In this document: positions 37,733-47,358 of the stretch, one piece after another
Numbering within the stretch: position 1 is the first letter of the stretch
Layout: each line of letters begins with the position of its first letter
DNA from: a virus
Length of the DNA: 64,000 nt
Virus record (IMG/VR): IMGVR_UViG_3300034062_006900
Coordinates: 1-64,000 of that record
Direction: 5' to 3' (one strand)
Notes under the pieces: generated by a model
Database searches by the model: none
Told to the model about the DNA's origin: nothing
The model's input: only the letters and a program-made list of their open reading frames with translations
Made by a program: the position numbers and the translations under genes

Positions 37733-39424
37733 TTATTGGGTCTTTCTATTATATGTTATAAGATTTTTAATCTTTTCCATATCTTCGTTAACCTTAACTT
37801 TTTTCTTTTCTTCTTGCTTAGACTCTAATTGATTCATAATTTTTTGAGCCTTGTTCGTTGAACCCTTTCTGATACTTTTTAATGAACCATCCATTTTGTC
37901 ACTTCCTCCAACATCAACTGGTTGTGGTTGTCTTTTGTATGAAACATTCATTTGTTCAGCACCATATAAGTTTTCATCGTAGTTCTTTTTGAATCTATCT
38001 CCTAAGTCACTTGGAGCAACATTACCTAATGGTTTACCATCTTTATCTCTAACAGCATTTCCTGTTGTAGAATCACCTTTAAGGTATTTGTCAATCTTTT
38101 TATCGTCAGGTTTGATTTCATCATAAACTAAATTTGTCATACCAGGATGTGAGAAAGCTTCAATGTATTCATCAACTGCTTGTGATGGATGATACTTCAT
38201 AGTTTTTTCTTTCATCTTATCCATAGTATAGTTACTTTGAGGGAAAGTTTCAGGTGATTCATTATATTCATCCTTCGAACCTGCTTTAACATACTTCTTC
38301 ATTTTTTCAACAACTTGTTTTGCGTAGTCTTCATTCTCTTTCTTACTAGCCGCTTGAACTTTTTCAGTCTTCTTAAGACCTGTTGCTTCTTTCTTTGAGA
38401 TGTTATTTTTTTCTGCTTTGTCTTTAACTTTTTGTTCTAAAACTATTTTTTCAATCATATCCACTAATTCATCTTCAGTTAATGTTAATTTGTTTACACT
38501 TTCTTTGATGTCTTTCAGAGTCAATGCCAAGTTTACTTGTTTTAATAATTTAGAATCCGCAGCTGTAAGTTTTTTATCTCCCTCACCTTTCTTCGTTAAT
38601 TCTTTCTTTATTGCCTTTAACTTTGCTTGTGGAATCTTATCTCCTTCAGTAACACCTAATTTCTTATGTAAAGCACCTTTCTTCATATCGGTCTTCTGAA
38701 TCCATTTTTCTTTAGCCTCCTTAACAGGATAAGTTTTACCATCAACTTCAAAGGATTTTTTACCTTCTTTCTTTGCATCCGCTAACGCACCTGTAAATTC
38801 ATTCCCTTCTTCTGTTTCTTGTTCTCCCATATCTCTACGAGTTCTAATTTTCATAGGTCCATATTTTTTCTTATACATATCAAACAATCTTTGACCTCTC
38901 TCACCTGGTGAGAACCATCTTGTTTTATCACCAAATTTGTCATACATAGATGAGAAATCGTCGAACTCTTCTTCATCGTAGTCAAAATCAAATTCACCTT
39001 CGAAGTCTTCGTCATCTTGGTTATACCATCCATGATTATCAGAAAATGAGCCAAAGATTTTTCCTGGTTTGTTATCTGATAATCCTCTACCTACATACGT
39101 AGGTTCTTGAGCTGATAATTCTTCAGCTTCATCTTCTGCCTCTTCATCACCTTCGTAATCTCCAGGTGTTGATTCATCTTCATCTTTATCAAAATAGAAC
39201 CATTCATCCATTTCTTCAGATTCTTTAGTTTCCTTTTTCTGACTTCTGAGTTTCTTGAAATCAGCGGCTGTTATTTTACCTTTCGGTGCGGCAACATCAA
39301 TTTTACTTTGTTTACCTTTTAAGTCCTCTTCGAGTTCGTCTGCCATTTTCATCGATTTACTGTCGATTTCTTCAGAAAGAATTCTTGAGATAAGACTATC
39401 AATACTATTGTTAGAATTTTTCAT
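37733..39424 (-). CDS. charged low-complexity protein, putative virion-internal/core protein
   Basis: Several I/L-x-E leader-like helices, KGALHKKLGV..G.KIP motif, TATTTAT upstream. Confidence 0.65.
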   Translation of the reverse strand: MKNSNNSIDSLISRILSEEIDSKSMKMADELEEDLKGKQSKIDVAAPKGKITAADFKKLRSQKKETKESEEMDEWFYFDKDEDESTPGDYEGDEEAEDEAEELSAQEPTYVGRGLSDNKPGKIFGSFSDNHGWYNQDDEDFEGEFDFDYDEEEFDDFSSMYDKFGDKTRWFSPGERGQRLFDMYKKKYGPMKIRTRRDMGEQETEEGNEFTGALADAKKEGKKSFEVDGKTYPVKEAKEKWIQKTDMKKGALHKKLGVTEGDKIPQAKLKAIKKELTKKGEGDKKLTAADSKLLKQVNLALTLKDIKESVNKLTLTEDELVDMIEKIVLEQKVKDKAEKNNISKKEATGLKKTEKVQAASKKENEDYAKQVVEKMKKYVKAGSKDEYNESPETFPQSNYTMDKMKEKTMKYHPSQAVDEYIEAFSHPGMTNLVYDEIKPDDKKIDKYLKGDSTTGNAVRDKDGKPLGNVAPSDLGDRFKKNYDENLYGAEQMNVSYKRQPQPVDVGGSDKMDGSLKSIRKGSTNKAQKIMNQLESKQEEKKKVKVNEDMEKIKNLITYNRKTQ

Positions 39425-39448
39425 TTGTATTTTTTTATATAAATATCT

Positions 39449-40261
39449 TTATTTGTTTCTTTTTTGGTTTTTTTCATACTCGTGTTCCAAAATAGTCTTA
39501 ATCACATTTTCGCTAATTCCCATGTTTTTTGCAACATTTTTAATTGCTTCTTTAACTGATTCGTTCTTAGTTATTTTCAATGCATTGATATCACCTTGAT
39601 TACAATAAGGGAATTTAGTGCACTTCTTTTTTACTTTAACAAAACCTCCACCAGGTATTTGAGTCTTTCTACTTGGTCCCCAATCTTTCTTCTTAGTTGA
39701 TTTAGCCCACATTGCTGGACTTGAATATCCACCAACAGAACCTGAACCTGTGGCTTCTTTAGCCTCAACTTTATCTAATCCCATTGCACCTACTGCAATT
39801 CCTTCGTCTAATTTCGGGGTTTCAGAATCGCTTTTTTTAGCAAACTCAGTTTCTCCACCAAAGAGTGGACCTTCAAACGCACCAGATGAACCAGAACTTG
39901 TCGCTTCGTCAGTTTCCTGTCTTTCAATTTTTTTAAGTTTAGTATAATAATTTGGGTCTTCTACTAAATGGTCCATAGTAATTTCCTTAGCCTTTTGTTT
40001 GTCCTTGGTATGTTCCATTTCAACTTTCATTCCTTTATGGAATTGTTTAGTTAATTTTGCAATATCAACTTTGTGTTTCTTTGCAATTTCTTCTAAACTC
40101 ATGTTATCAGATTTCCCTCCTTTAAGTTTATTTGTTTCTTTCATTTCCGAAGAGTATTTTACCATATCCCTCATCATACCGCTAGGAGATGCACTCTTAC
40201 CGATTTTAGTCGAATATGCGTTAGCTAACCCTTGTTTGAATTGTTGTGATGCACTTTCCAT
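39449..40261 (-). CDS. DUF5661-like domain protein
   Basis: GMKVEMEHT...AKEITMDHL.EDPNYYTKL. Confidence 0.7.
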   Translation of the reverse strand: MESASQQFKQGLANAYSTKIGKSASPSGMMRDMVKYSSEMKETNKLKGGKSDNMSLEEIAKKHKVDIAKLTKQFHKGMKVEMEHTKDKQKAKEITMDHLVEDPNYYTKLKKIERQETDEATSSGSSGAFEGPLFGGETEFAKKSDSETPKLDEGIAVGAMGLDKVEAKEATGSGSVGGYSSPAMWAKSTKKKDWGPSRKTQIPGGGFVKVKKKCTKFPYCNQGDINALKITKNESVKEAIKNVAKNMGISENVIKTILEHEYEKNQKRNK

Positions 40262-40262
40262 A

Positions 40263-40508
40263 TTAAGCGTTCTTTAGTTTTGGTTCCCAGAATCCTCTGT
40301 TGGACCACATAAACGAATAAAACTCACGGAACATTCTGACCGTAAGTTCTTTAATCTCACCTTCGAGTTTACCCTTCTTGATTTCTTTTTGAATTCTATC
40401 CATAAGTTTGTCTTCAAACTGTTTTATGGTATTGTTATTCATAAAACTTTTGATTTCCTTACGGACAATAACTTCAATCTCTTTTACTTCTGAACTAGTG
40501 AGTGCCAT
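40263..40508 (-). CDS. hypothetical protein
   Basis: Operon ORF. Confidence 0.65.
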   Translation of the reverse strand: MALTSSEVKEIEVIVRKEIKSFMNNNTIKQFEDKLMDRIQKEIKKGKLEGEIKELTVRMFREFYSFMWSNRGFWEPKLKNA

Positions 40509-40919
40509 TTATTTTGCGATTAAGAAAATTGTTAATACTGCAATTAAGCCAGTTCCTAAAATAGATTTGAATTTACCTTTAGCCTTTTCTTTTTTCAAAT
40601 CCCATTCAAGTTTCTTTGAATAATCTTCAACGATTCCAAACTTTTGTTTTTCAGCATCAATGATTGTAAGATAGTTCACCTCTTTAAGTCTTAAAGTTGT
40701 GATGATACTATCTTTTAATACCACCTTCTTTTCAGTTTCAACTAACTGAGCCTCAGTAAGTTTTAACTCAGCTTTAGCTGCATCACCTGATATTAAGTCT
40801 TTCATTATTTGTCTCACAACCGGAATCGGGAAACATTTTGTATTATTACTTGTATCTGTCTGTGAAAAAGCTATCGAGCTCACGAACAGTAAGCTTATCA
40901 ACACTACTAATTTTTTCAT
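40509..40919 (-). CDS. signal peptide plus coiled coil plus C-terminal TM protein (spanin-like?)
   Basis: N-terminal signal sequence, C-terminal TM; overlaps the upstream TM-coiled-coil gene. Confidence 0.55.
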   Translation of the reverse strand: MKKLVVLISLLFVSSIAFSQTDTSNNTKCFPIPVVRQIMKDLISGDAAKAELKLTEAQLVETEKKVVLKDSIITTLRLKEVNYLTIIDAEKQKFGIVEDYSKKLEWDLKKEKAKGKFKSILGTGLIAVLTIFLIAK

Positions 40920-41205
40920 GATATATTTCTTTTACTACGGTCTTTTGACCTTTAATTTTATCGATGTGGTTGTCTAACTCATCAATTTTTTTATCATATT
41001 CGTTAATTTCTTTCTCTAACTCAACATTATCTTCATGTAATTGTTTTACTAATACATTCAAAGAATCAAGTTGTTTTTTTTGGTCAACAGACATGTTAAC
41101 CTTTGGAGTTAAGAAATAAATTAAATAATAAAGAACGAATAATCCGAACAATACTTTAAGTATTGTCATAAAGTTTTCCTTTAAAAAATTAATTATCTTT
41201 TGCAT
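40846..41205 (-). CDS. N-terminal TM plus coiled-coil protein (i-spanin-like?)
   Basis: TM then heptads; near amidase-like gene. Confidence 0.55.
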   Translation of the reverse strand: MQKIINFLKENFMTILKVLFGLFVLYYLIYFLTPKVNMSVDQKKQLDSLNVLVKQLHEDNVELEKEINEYDKKIDELDNHIDKIKGQKTVVKEIYHEKISSVDKLTVRELDSFFTDRYK

Positions 41206-41797
41206 TTGTTTCACTGGTTTTCTTTCTACTTGCGATTATCTTGGACCATTTCGATTTGAATTTCTGATAATACTGTTGAAGTTTATGAACTAACTCATCA
41301 AAGTTTTCATCAATCTTAATCATAGTTCCGTCTATATATATTCCACTATCTTCACCAATTGTGAATGTGAAGTTTAAGTCTTCGTCGATTAGGTGTCCTG
41401 ACCACTCAACGTTGTTTGGATAAACATTAAGTGTGTTGAAGTCAACCAAGTCCGACACCTCCTCAATAAACTCATCCATTGTTTCTTGGAATGCAAGTTT
41501 ATCGTCGGTTGTGATATCCAAATCCATTCTGTTCTTACCATGTAAGGCTAAGATACCACCTGAGATTCTATACTTCTGAGTCTTGTCATCAGGAGATGAT
41601 TTTTTATCATCAGCCTGTGCAGTTTCATACTCTTTGTTATCTTGAGACGCTCTTGCCTCAATATCTTTAGCAATATTTATTTGTGTGTCAGGTTCTGATT
41701 CTGTATCAGAAGTCATTGCCGATTGTTCAAATATAAATCTCGACTTCTTTAAAAGAGATTTTATTTCATCGTATCTTTCGTTATGCAAATTGCTCAT
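41189..41797 (-). CDS. hypothetical protein
   Basis: Operon ORF. Confidence 0.7.
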   Translation of the reverse strand: MSNLHNERYDEIKSLLKKSRFIFEQSAMTSDTESEPDTQINIAKDIEARASQDNKEYETAQADDKKSSPDDKTQKYRISGGILALHGKNRMDLDITTDDKLAFQETMDEFIEEVSDLVDFNTLNVYPNNVEWSGHLIDEDLNFTFTIGEDSGIYIDGTMIKIDENFDELVHKLQQYYQKFKSKWSKIIASRKKTSETNAKDN

Positions 41798-42386
41798 TTT
41801 CTATAAATTTTGTGAAGGTTTCAAAGTTGAATGAAGGACTTAGGTCAGTGTATCTACTACTTAAATTACTTCGGGAAATGATACCTTCGAAGGCCTCCAC
41901 TCCATCAATTTTAGTATTGTGACCCAAACATCTTTTTTCGATGGATAACTCTTCTGACAACTTAACACATAATTTCGCAGCTGATTCAATCTGGGAATTT
42001 GTGTATGGTTGCCAAAAAAAGAAATCTCTCCATTTCTTCTCGAAAACCTGTCCTTTATAAATACTCCCTTTCCAGTTAATGTAATCGTTGGTCAATGGTT
42101 TCTTTTCCAACCATCCCATGTTCTCAAGAACAATGATTACAGAGTTCCTATTGATGTTATCTTCATCAAAGAAATTAGTATAGGAGGTGTCTCCCATAAG
42201 TTGAATAATCTTACCTCTTTGGGTTACCAAATAATTAGGAACTCGGTCAAACTTACCGTTGTATCTAAACTCAAGGGAGGCTAAGTATTCGTTAGCCTCC
42301 CTTGATGTATGACACAAAATAATTTGTCTCTTCTTTTTTTGTTTTCCTAATTGCTTAAAGTTTCCATATTTTTCAATGTTAAGCAT
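41781..42386 (-). CDS. N-acetylmuramoyl-L-alanine amidase (Amidase_2)-like protein, divergent
   Basis: IILCHT, YLVTQRGKIIQL, NSVIIVLEN, YTNSQIESA..L, GHN, DLSPSF. Confidence 0.7.
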   Translation of the reverse strand: MLNIEKYGNFKQLGKQKKKRQIILCHTSREANEYLASLEFRYNGKFDRVPNYLVTQRGKIIQLMGDTSYTNFFDEDNINRNSVIIVLENMGWLEKKPLTNDYINWKGSIYKGQVFEKKWRDFFFWQPYTNSQIESAAKLCVKLSEELSIEKRCLGHNTKIDGVEAFEGIISRSNLSSRYTDLSPSFNFETFTKFIENEQFA

Positions 42387-43053
42387 CTCTTTTTGAATAA
42401 ACGAGTCTTTTAATCTTATCTTCTCGAGGTTCCTCATCTGTTGATTCAAACTTTTGAAGTTGTCTTTTCAACTCTTCCAAATCCTCTTCTGTTGGTTTAT
42501 ATCTTTGTTCCTCAACTTGAGCCTCTTCTTTACCAATTATGGTAGCAAGTTGTTCGAGTGGGATATCTAAATTAGGTGAAGCCTTCTTCTTTTCTTCCTC
42601 TTCAAATTTTACTAACATATGTAGGAAAGATAAAGATATAATTGGAAGCATTCCACCAGAAAATAATGCCAAGAATCTTTTGTGACCAACAAGGTCTCCT
42701 GATTCAACGCCCAGGAATGAAACGATAGGGTCAACCATATCAACCCAATCTTTAAATGATTGACTATTCACATCAATGTATTGATATGCGAAGAATATGT
42801 TTCCTATAAATTGAATAAGGGTTACAATAGCAAAGGGAAAATAAACTTTCTTTCCCATCTGAGCTGATATCGCAGCCAAAGCAGATAATGCAGCAATTTC
42901 GATACCAACAGAGAGATATATCGCCCAACTTGTTGGGTTAGATAAACCATACCATTTAGTTACGTGTGATATTGATACCACTGCAACAGTTATAATTGGA
43001 ACTAAAAAAGCAACATAAATTATTGTTTTAAAGTTTTTTTGAAACCAATTCAT
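42379..43053 (-). CDS. four-TM membrane protein
   Basis: Four hydrophobic helices plus a charged tail. Confidence 0.7.
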   Translation of the reverse strand: MNWFQKNFKTIIYVAFLVPIITVAVVSISHVTKWYGLSNPTSWAIYLSVGIEIAALSALAAISAQMGKKVYFPFAIVTLIQFIGNIFFAYQYIDVNSQSFKDWVDMVDPIVSFLGVESGDLVGHKRFLALFSGGMLPIISLSFLHMLVKFEEEEKKKASPNLDIPLEQLATIIGKEEAQVEEQRYKPTEEDLEELKRQLQKFESTDEEPREDKIKRLVYSKRDA

Positions 43054-43335
43054 TTATTTTTGTTTTAATTTATTTATCTCCTCTTCGATTTCAGTTTGTC
43101 TTCTAACATCCAATAACTTTCTGTCAGTAGCTTGAATCATTCTTTTTTCCGCTTCAAGACCAGAAATCTTAAGTTCTCTTTTCAACTCGTCTTTTGTATA
43201 AGTTGAATCTTTAATCGCCTGAATTTCTTTTTTTATTTTACCCAAATCTCTTGAGTCACCGCAGGACTTAAAAAAACTCAAAAGTGCAATCACTAATACG
43301 ATTACGGTAAAATTTGTTTGTATAAATTTTTTCAT
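43054..43335 (-). CDS. TM-anchored or lipoprotein-like protein
   Basis: Hydrophobic stretch ending FKSCG. Confidence 0.6.
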   Translation of the reverse strand: MKKFIQTNFTVIVLVIALLSFFKSCGDSRDLGKIKKEIQAIKDSTYTKDELKRELKISGLEAEKRMIQATDRKLLDVRRQTEIEEEINKLKQK

Positions 43336-43340
43336 ATAAT

Positions 43341-43520
43341 TTATTTTTTAGGTATGATTATCATTGCCAGTAAATAGAAAAGGATTGTAGGGAACGGAGC
43401 AAAAATTAATGCAACAAATATTAACCTCCAAATCGCTGGGTCACTATCTGTATATTCTGCAATTCCTCCACACACTCCACCTATTTGTTTATCAGTTGAA
43501 CTTCTATACAATTTTCTCAT
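43341..43520 (-). CDS. pspC: PspC domain protein (59 aa; absent from ORF track)
   Basis: Manual translation MRKLYRSSTDKQIGGVCGGIAEYTDSDPAIWRLIFVALIFAPFPTILFYLLAMIIIPKK. Confidence 0.88.
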   Translation of the reverse strand: MRKLYRSSTDKQIGGVCGGIAEYTDSDPAIWRLIFVALIFAPFPTILFYLLAMIIIPKK

Positions 43521-43582
43521 AACTTTTATTTTATCACCTAAAAATAAAAAAGGTGTATTATAAATACACCCTTTTAATTGTT

Positions 43583-44380
43583 TTATAGATAATCGAACAG
43601 ACTACCCGTCTCATTTCTCAATTTTCGGAGAGCCTTTTCTTTAATCTGTCTCACCCTTTCTTTTGTTAAATCGAAGTCATTACCAATATCTTCCAATGTT
43701 CTTGTTGAACCTGATAGACCAAAATAATCCTCAACAATAACCCTTTCTCTCTCATCCAACACGTCCAACATATTCATAAGTTTATCTTTCAATGTTTGGT
43801 CGGTAGATAATCCTGAGTCAGCACTATCGGCATTTGGGTTATTCAATATATCCATCAACGTATCTCCTTCTTCATTCAAAGGACTATCCAAATTAACGGT
43901 ATACGGCAAGTTATCGAACTTCTCAGGTAAATCAGCACCTGTCTTATCCAACTCCTTCTTAGCTCTTTGTAACTCTTGAACCACATTCACTGGTAGTCGG
44001 ATAGTTCTTGCATTCTCATTCAAAGATTGCAAGATAGATTGACGAACCCACCACACAGCATATGAGATGAATCTCAATCTCTTGGACCAGTCAAAGTTTT
44101 CAATTGCCTTGAGGAGACCATAGTTTCCTTCAGCAACCAAATCTGCAAAGTCCAATCCCTGATTCTGATACTGTTTACTCACAGTGATTACGAACCTGAG
44201 GTTTCCCTCCAATAATTCTTTTTTGATTTCTTCTTTCTCTCTAAGAGTAGTCTTAGAAGATAACATCTTTTCCGCCAAAACTCTCTCCCTCTCAGGAGTC
44301 ATAACGGTCAACTTTCTAATGTCTTTTAAATAACAGGCAATTTCGTCTTGATTAATTGGTATTACTGCTTTCTCTTTCAT
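43583..44380 (-). CDS. RNA polymerase sigma-70 factor (short, Bacteroidota SigA-like)
   Basis: YLKDI, NLRFVITVSKQYQNQG, RFISYAVWWVRQSI, RTIRLP, LTKERVRQIKEKALRKLR. Confidence 0.95.
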   Translation of the reverse strand: MKEKAVIPINQDEIACYLKDIRKLTVMTPERERVLAEKMLSSKTTLREKEEIKKELLEGNLRFVITVSKQYQNQGLDFADLVAEGNYGLLKAIENFDWSKRLRFISYAVWWVRQSILQSLNENARTIRLPVNVVQELQRAKKELDKTGADLPEKFDNLPYTVNLDSPLNEEGDTLMDILNNPNADSADSGLSTDQTLKDKLMNMLDVLDERERVIVEDYFGLSGSTRTLEDIGNDFDLTKERVRQIKEKALRKLRNETGSLFDYL

Positions 44381-44392
44381 ATGTATTTTTTT

Positions 44393-44899
44393 CTATTTAC
44401 TATAAGATTCTAAAGTGTCTTTTTCAAACTGTGATAAGGACTCGAACCCGTTCGACAACGCTTTGTCTAAAATAAAGTCCAATGAAGGTTTTTTTACTTC
44501 CTTCTTCAGGTTCTCCAATAATAGTGCCACAAAATCGTCATCGTCTTCTTCTCCATCGTTCATAGAACGATTTGAAGGCGTTATATTAATATGTATTTCA
44601 TCATTCGAATTTTCTAAGTCCAAAAGATGTTCTTTTAATCCATCAGGTAAGAAAAGTGACACCTTGTCAGTATACTCCGTCAAGATAAACGAACTACAGA
44701 TATCAAACAAACTACCAATGATATAATCATTAATCTCATCCTGAGAAATCTCACTGGCAAAATGGAAAACCAAACTACCATCAGACTTTTGGAACTTAAG
44801 ATGTGGTGAATCGACGAGGGGTGTTATAGTTAAAGCAATCTCCTGACTAACATCATCAGACTCAAACTTTCCAAACAAAACTAACAGGTATTTCTTCAT
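44393..44899 (-). CDS. hypothetical protein
   Basis: ORF; TACATTTG element at 44919-44926. Confidence 0.7.
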   Translation of the reverse strand: MKKYLLVLFGKFESDDVSQEIALTITPLVDSPHLKFQKSDGSLVFHFASEISQDEINDYIIGSLFDICSSFILTEYTDKVSLFLPDGLKEHLLDLENSNDEIHINITPSNRSMNDGEEDDDDFVALLLENLKKEVKKPSLDFILDKALSNGFESLSQFEKDTLESYSK

Positions 44900-44954
44900 A
44901 TTATATTTTATATTTTGACAAATGTAGTTAAATAATTAATAAAAAAATTTTTAA

Positions 44955-45428
44955 TTAAAAATAAACTCTTCCGTTTTTTCCTGAATGTTGTTCATACCAT
45001 TTACCTTCTTTATCCATCCAAACATATGGGTCTGATGGGTCTTCAGTCCACTCGTATTGATTATAGAAATCAGGTTCTTTTTTTAATAGGTTGGCTCTGT
45101 GTGAAGAATGAAACTTCTCATTACCAAACCATTTAGGATATACGATATCTTCCTCAAACGCTTCAAAGCTCATTGTGTTTTTAAATCCACGAGCAACCCA
45201 CTCGTCAATTGAAAGATTAAGATATAACTTAAGTGCAGGAACATAGTCTTTCCACATAATAGTGCAAGGATGATTTAACCAACCCTTATAAGGTGTTCCA
45301 TCTAATTTTGGTCTACAAGTGATTGCAGATATAATCTGATATGTTTCAACTCGTTGTTTACCCAATCTCTTATTATCCAATACTCGAAGAGATTTTCTAA
45401 AGTCGTCGTATGGTAGGAATATTTGCAT
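44955..45428 (-). CDS. pyrimidine-dimer DNA glycosylase-like protein (MSMEG_6728 family)
   Basis: MQIFLPY...LDNKRLGKQRVE..QI, HPCTIMW, SHRANLLKK.P.FY. Confidence 0.85.
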   Translation of the reverse strand: MQIFLPYDDFRKSLRVLDNKRLGKQRVETYQIISAITCRPKLDGTPYKGWLNHPCTIMWKDYVPALKLYLNLSIDEWVARGFKNTMSFEAFEEDIVYPKWFGNEKFHSSHRANLLKKEPDFYNQYEWTEDPSDPYVWMDKEGKWYEQHSGKNGRVYF

Positions 45429-45445
45429 GTTGTAAAGATATGAAA

Positions 45446-46687
45446 TTATATTTTATCTGACTTTTGAAGATTATCTTCTTTCAATAATAATTGACCATTT
45501 TCCAAAGTTGTTTCACCTCCAAAGGTATAAGGGTCAATATGGTCAGCATGAACTAAATTACCATTTAAAGCTTGTAGAACTGTTAGTTGAACTTCACTAC
45601 CATCCAATCTCTTAACAACACCACCGGATTGTTTATACATCTTGATTTTATCATCAATGTTGAACAATCTCTTAGCATCCAACTTAATGAAAAAAGTATC
45701 AATATAAGGGATAAAATCTGATAGGATTTTATCTGATTTCTCTTTTAACTTCTTGGGCGCATATCTAAGATTATCTTTCCACAAATCAATCTCCAATAAT
45801 CTTCTACCCTCCAATTCGAGATACACATTTAAGAACTCTGTAATCAACTTATCATTAATCTTTCTTCCTGAGTTATGATAAATCTCATAAAGGAAAAGAA
45901 ATAAATTCATAACCAACGATTTATCAATCTTAATTTTCCTCTCGCCCATCTTCTTAACAATCATAGACCAAGCCGAGATTATTATTTTGAATTCTTTTTC
46001 ATTATCAATATTTCGTCTGTCATATAGGGATTTCAAAAGTGCCGCAGAAATATTTGCACATGGGTGTTGATGATATGTAAGCATCATTGCAAACAACTCA
46101 TCATCTTGCATCCTATCGGAGTTGAGCCCTGAAATTAATTGAGTTGTTTGAGTGTTCGACATATCGAAGGAAATGTCTCTTATGAAGTCAGAGACATACC
46201 CAAAGATAGCGTTTCTATCTTCCTGTTTGTTCCAAGCAATTCCCTTGTTTGTTCTAATTGCAATTAAGTGCATATCTTCCCTTGAACAACTTCTGAAGAT
46301 TGTAATCGGAATTTGTCTTTCTCTGAAGAATGTTTCTTCATCGGTGGTCATATTTTCTTTATCAATTTTGTTCCATTCGTTAAGACAATAGTTAGTTCTA
46401 TTGTTACCATCAATTGAAACAAATTTGAATCCTTTTTCTTTAACACTTTTGAAGTAGTTCAGGTCACTTTGATTTCCGTTAATCTCAGCTCTTTCGATAC
46501 AACTTTCAACTGACACTAAAATTATCGGATTGGCAATCGTATTCTCAATTACAGAAGTTCTAAATCCTTTTTTACTGGATATCTTCCATACTTTTTTTCT
46601 TTGAAATCGTGGGTCTACATAGGTCTTGAGTGCATAACTCTTTACGAAGTTTTCGATGGTGGTTTCTGTGGTTTGTCTGTATAACAT
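45446..46687 (-). CDS. DUF262 plus HNH nuclease (GmrSD-like)
   Basis: FQR..VW and IDGNNR (DUF262); HADHIDPY..GG.T..ENGQLL....N..K (HNH). Confidence 0.8.
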   Translation of the reverse strand: MLYRQTTETTIENFVKSYALKTYVDPRFQRKKVWKISSKKGFRTSVIENTIANPIILVSVESCIERAEINGNQSDLNYFKSVKEKGFKFVSIDGNNRTNYCLNEWNKIDKENMTTDEETFFRERQIPITIFRSCSREDMHLIAIRTNKGIAWNKQEDRNAIFGYVSDFIRDISFDMSNTQTTQLISGLNSDRMQDDELFAMMLTYHQHPCANISAALLKSLYDRRNIDNEKEFKIIISAWSMIVKKMGERKIKIDKSLVMNLFLFLYEIYHNSGRKINDKLITEFLNVYLELEGRRLLEIDLWKDNLRYAPKKLKEKSDKILSDFIPYIDTFFIKLDAKRLFNIDDKIKMYKQSGGVVKRLDGSEVQLTVLQALNGNLVHADHIDPYTFGGETTLENGQLLLKEDNLQKSDKI

Positions 46688-46701
46688 AGGTTGATTTTTT
46701 A

Positions 46702-46732
46702 CAAAGGTATGTAAAGAAATCTTAACGGCAAA
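46702..46732 (-). promoter_or_regulatory. Bacteroidota-type promoter
   Basis: TTTG-N19-TACCTTTG. Confidence 0.7.
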
Positions 46733-46734
46733 AT

Positions 46735-46762
46735 AAAACCCCACCTTCGAGGGGTGGGGTTA
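46735..46762 (-). terminator. terminator (family repeated at 48672-48696 and 50368-50395)
   Basis: AAAACCCCACC-TTCGAGG-GGTGGGGTT. Confidence 0.75.
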
Positions 46763-46768
46763 CTATTT

Positions 46769-47299
46769 TTAAGAATTTTCTAATTTTGCAATCATTCTTT
46801 GTATTTTTTCTAATTCAGTTCTCAATTCTTCTAATTCTTCCTCTTTTGATTTTTGAACAGGTCTCGAATCTATAGACATGTCCCATTGTCCCCCACCAAA
46901 ATCAAACCCCATAATTGGTGTCTCTACATTACTATCTTTTAAATTTAGAAAATACAAACTTTCCATATTATTGACACATTCAGGTATGTTTCTCAATTCT
47001 TTGTTACCCGTCAGTGCAAGAAATCGTAATTTAGGTATTTGACATACTGAGTTTGGAATACTATTCACACAGTTGTGAAATGTTATGTGACCTAAATTCG
47101 ATAAAGAGCCGATTGACTCAGGAACTTTCAATTTAAAATCACTTTTCGAATAATTACGTATTTGAATTTGAACTAAATCTGAAGGTAAATCTGAAAAAAC
47201 GTTTTTAATACTTCCGACATTCTCATCAGTAATATCTAAATCTAAGTGTCTCCCTTGTATATAAGGATTACGTTGCTCTATCTTTTGTGGTTTAGCCAT
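46769..47299 (-). CDS. stand-alone LRR protein, paralog of the C-terminus of 31864..33216
   Basis: VPESIGSLSNL / IPNSVCQIPKLRFLAL..N..L..IPECVN. Confidence 0.8.
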   Translation of the reverse strand: MAKPQKIEQRNPYIQGRHLDLDITDENVGSIKNVFSDLPSDLVQIQIRNYSKSDFKLKVPESIGSLSNLGHITFHNCVNSIPNSVCQIPKLRFLALTGNKELRNIPECVNNMESLYFLNLKDSNVETPIMGFDFGGGQWDMSIDSRPVQKSKEEELEELRTELEKIQRMIAKLENS

Positions 47300-47358
47300 A
47301 CACCTTTTTAGAATAAATACAAATTAAAATAAAAAACCCAACTCATTAGTGGAGTCAT

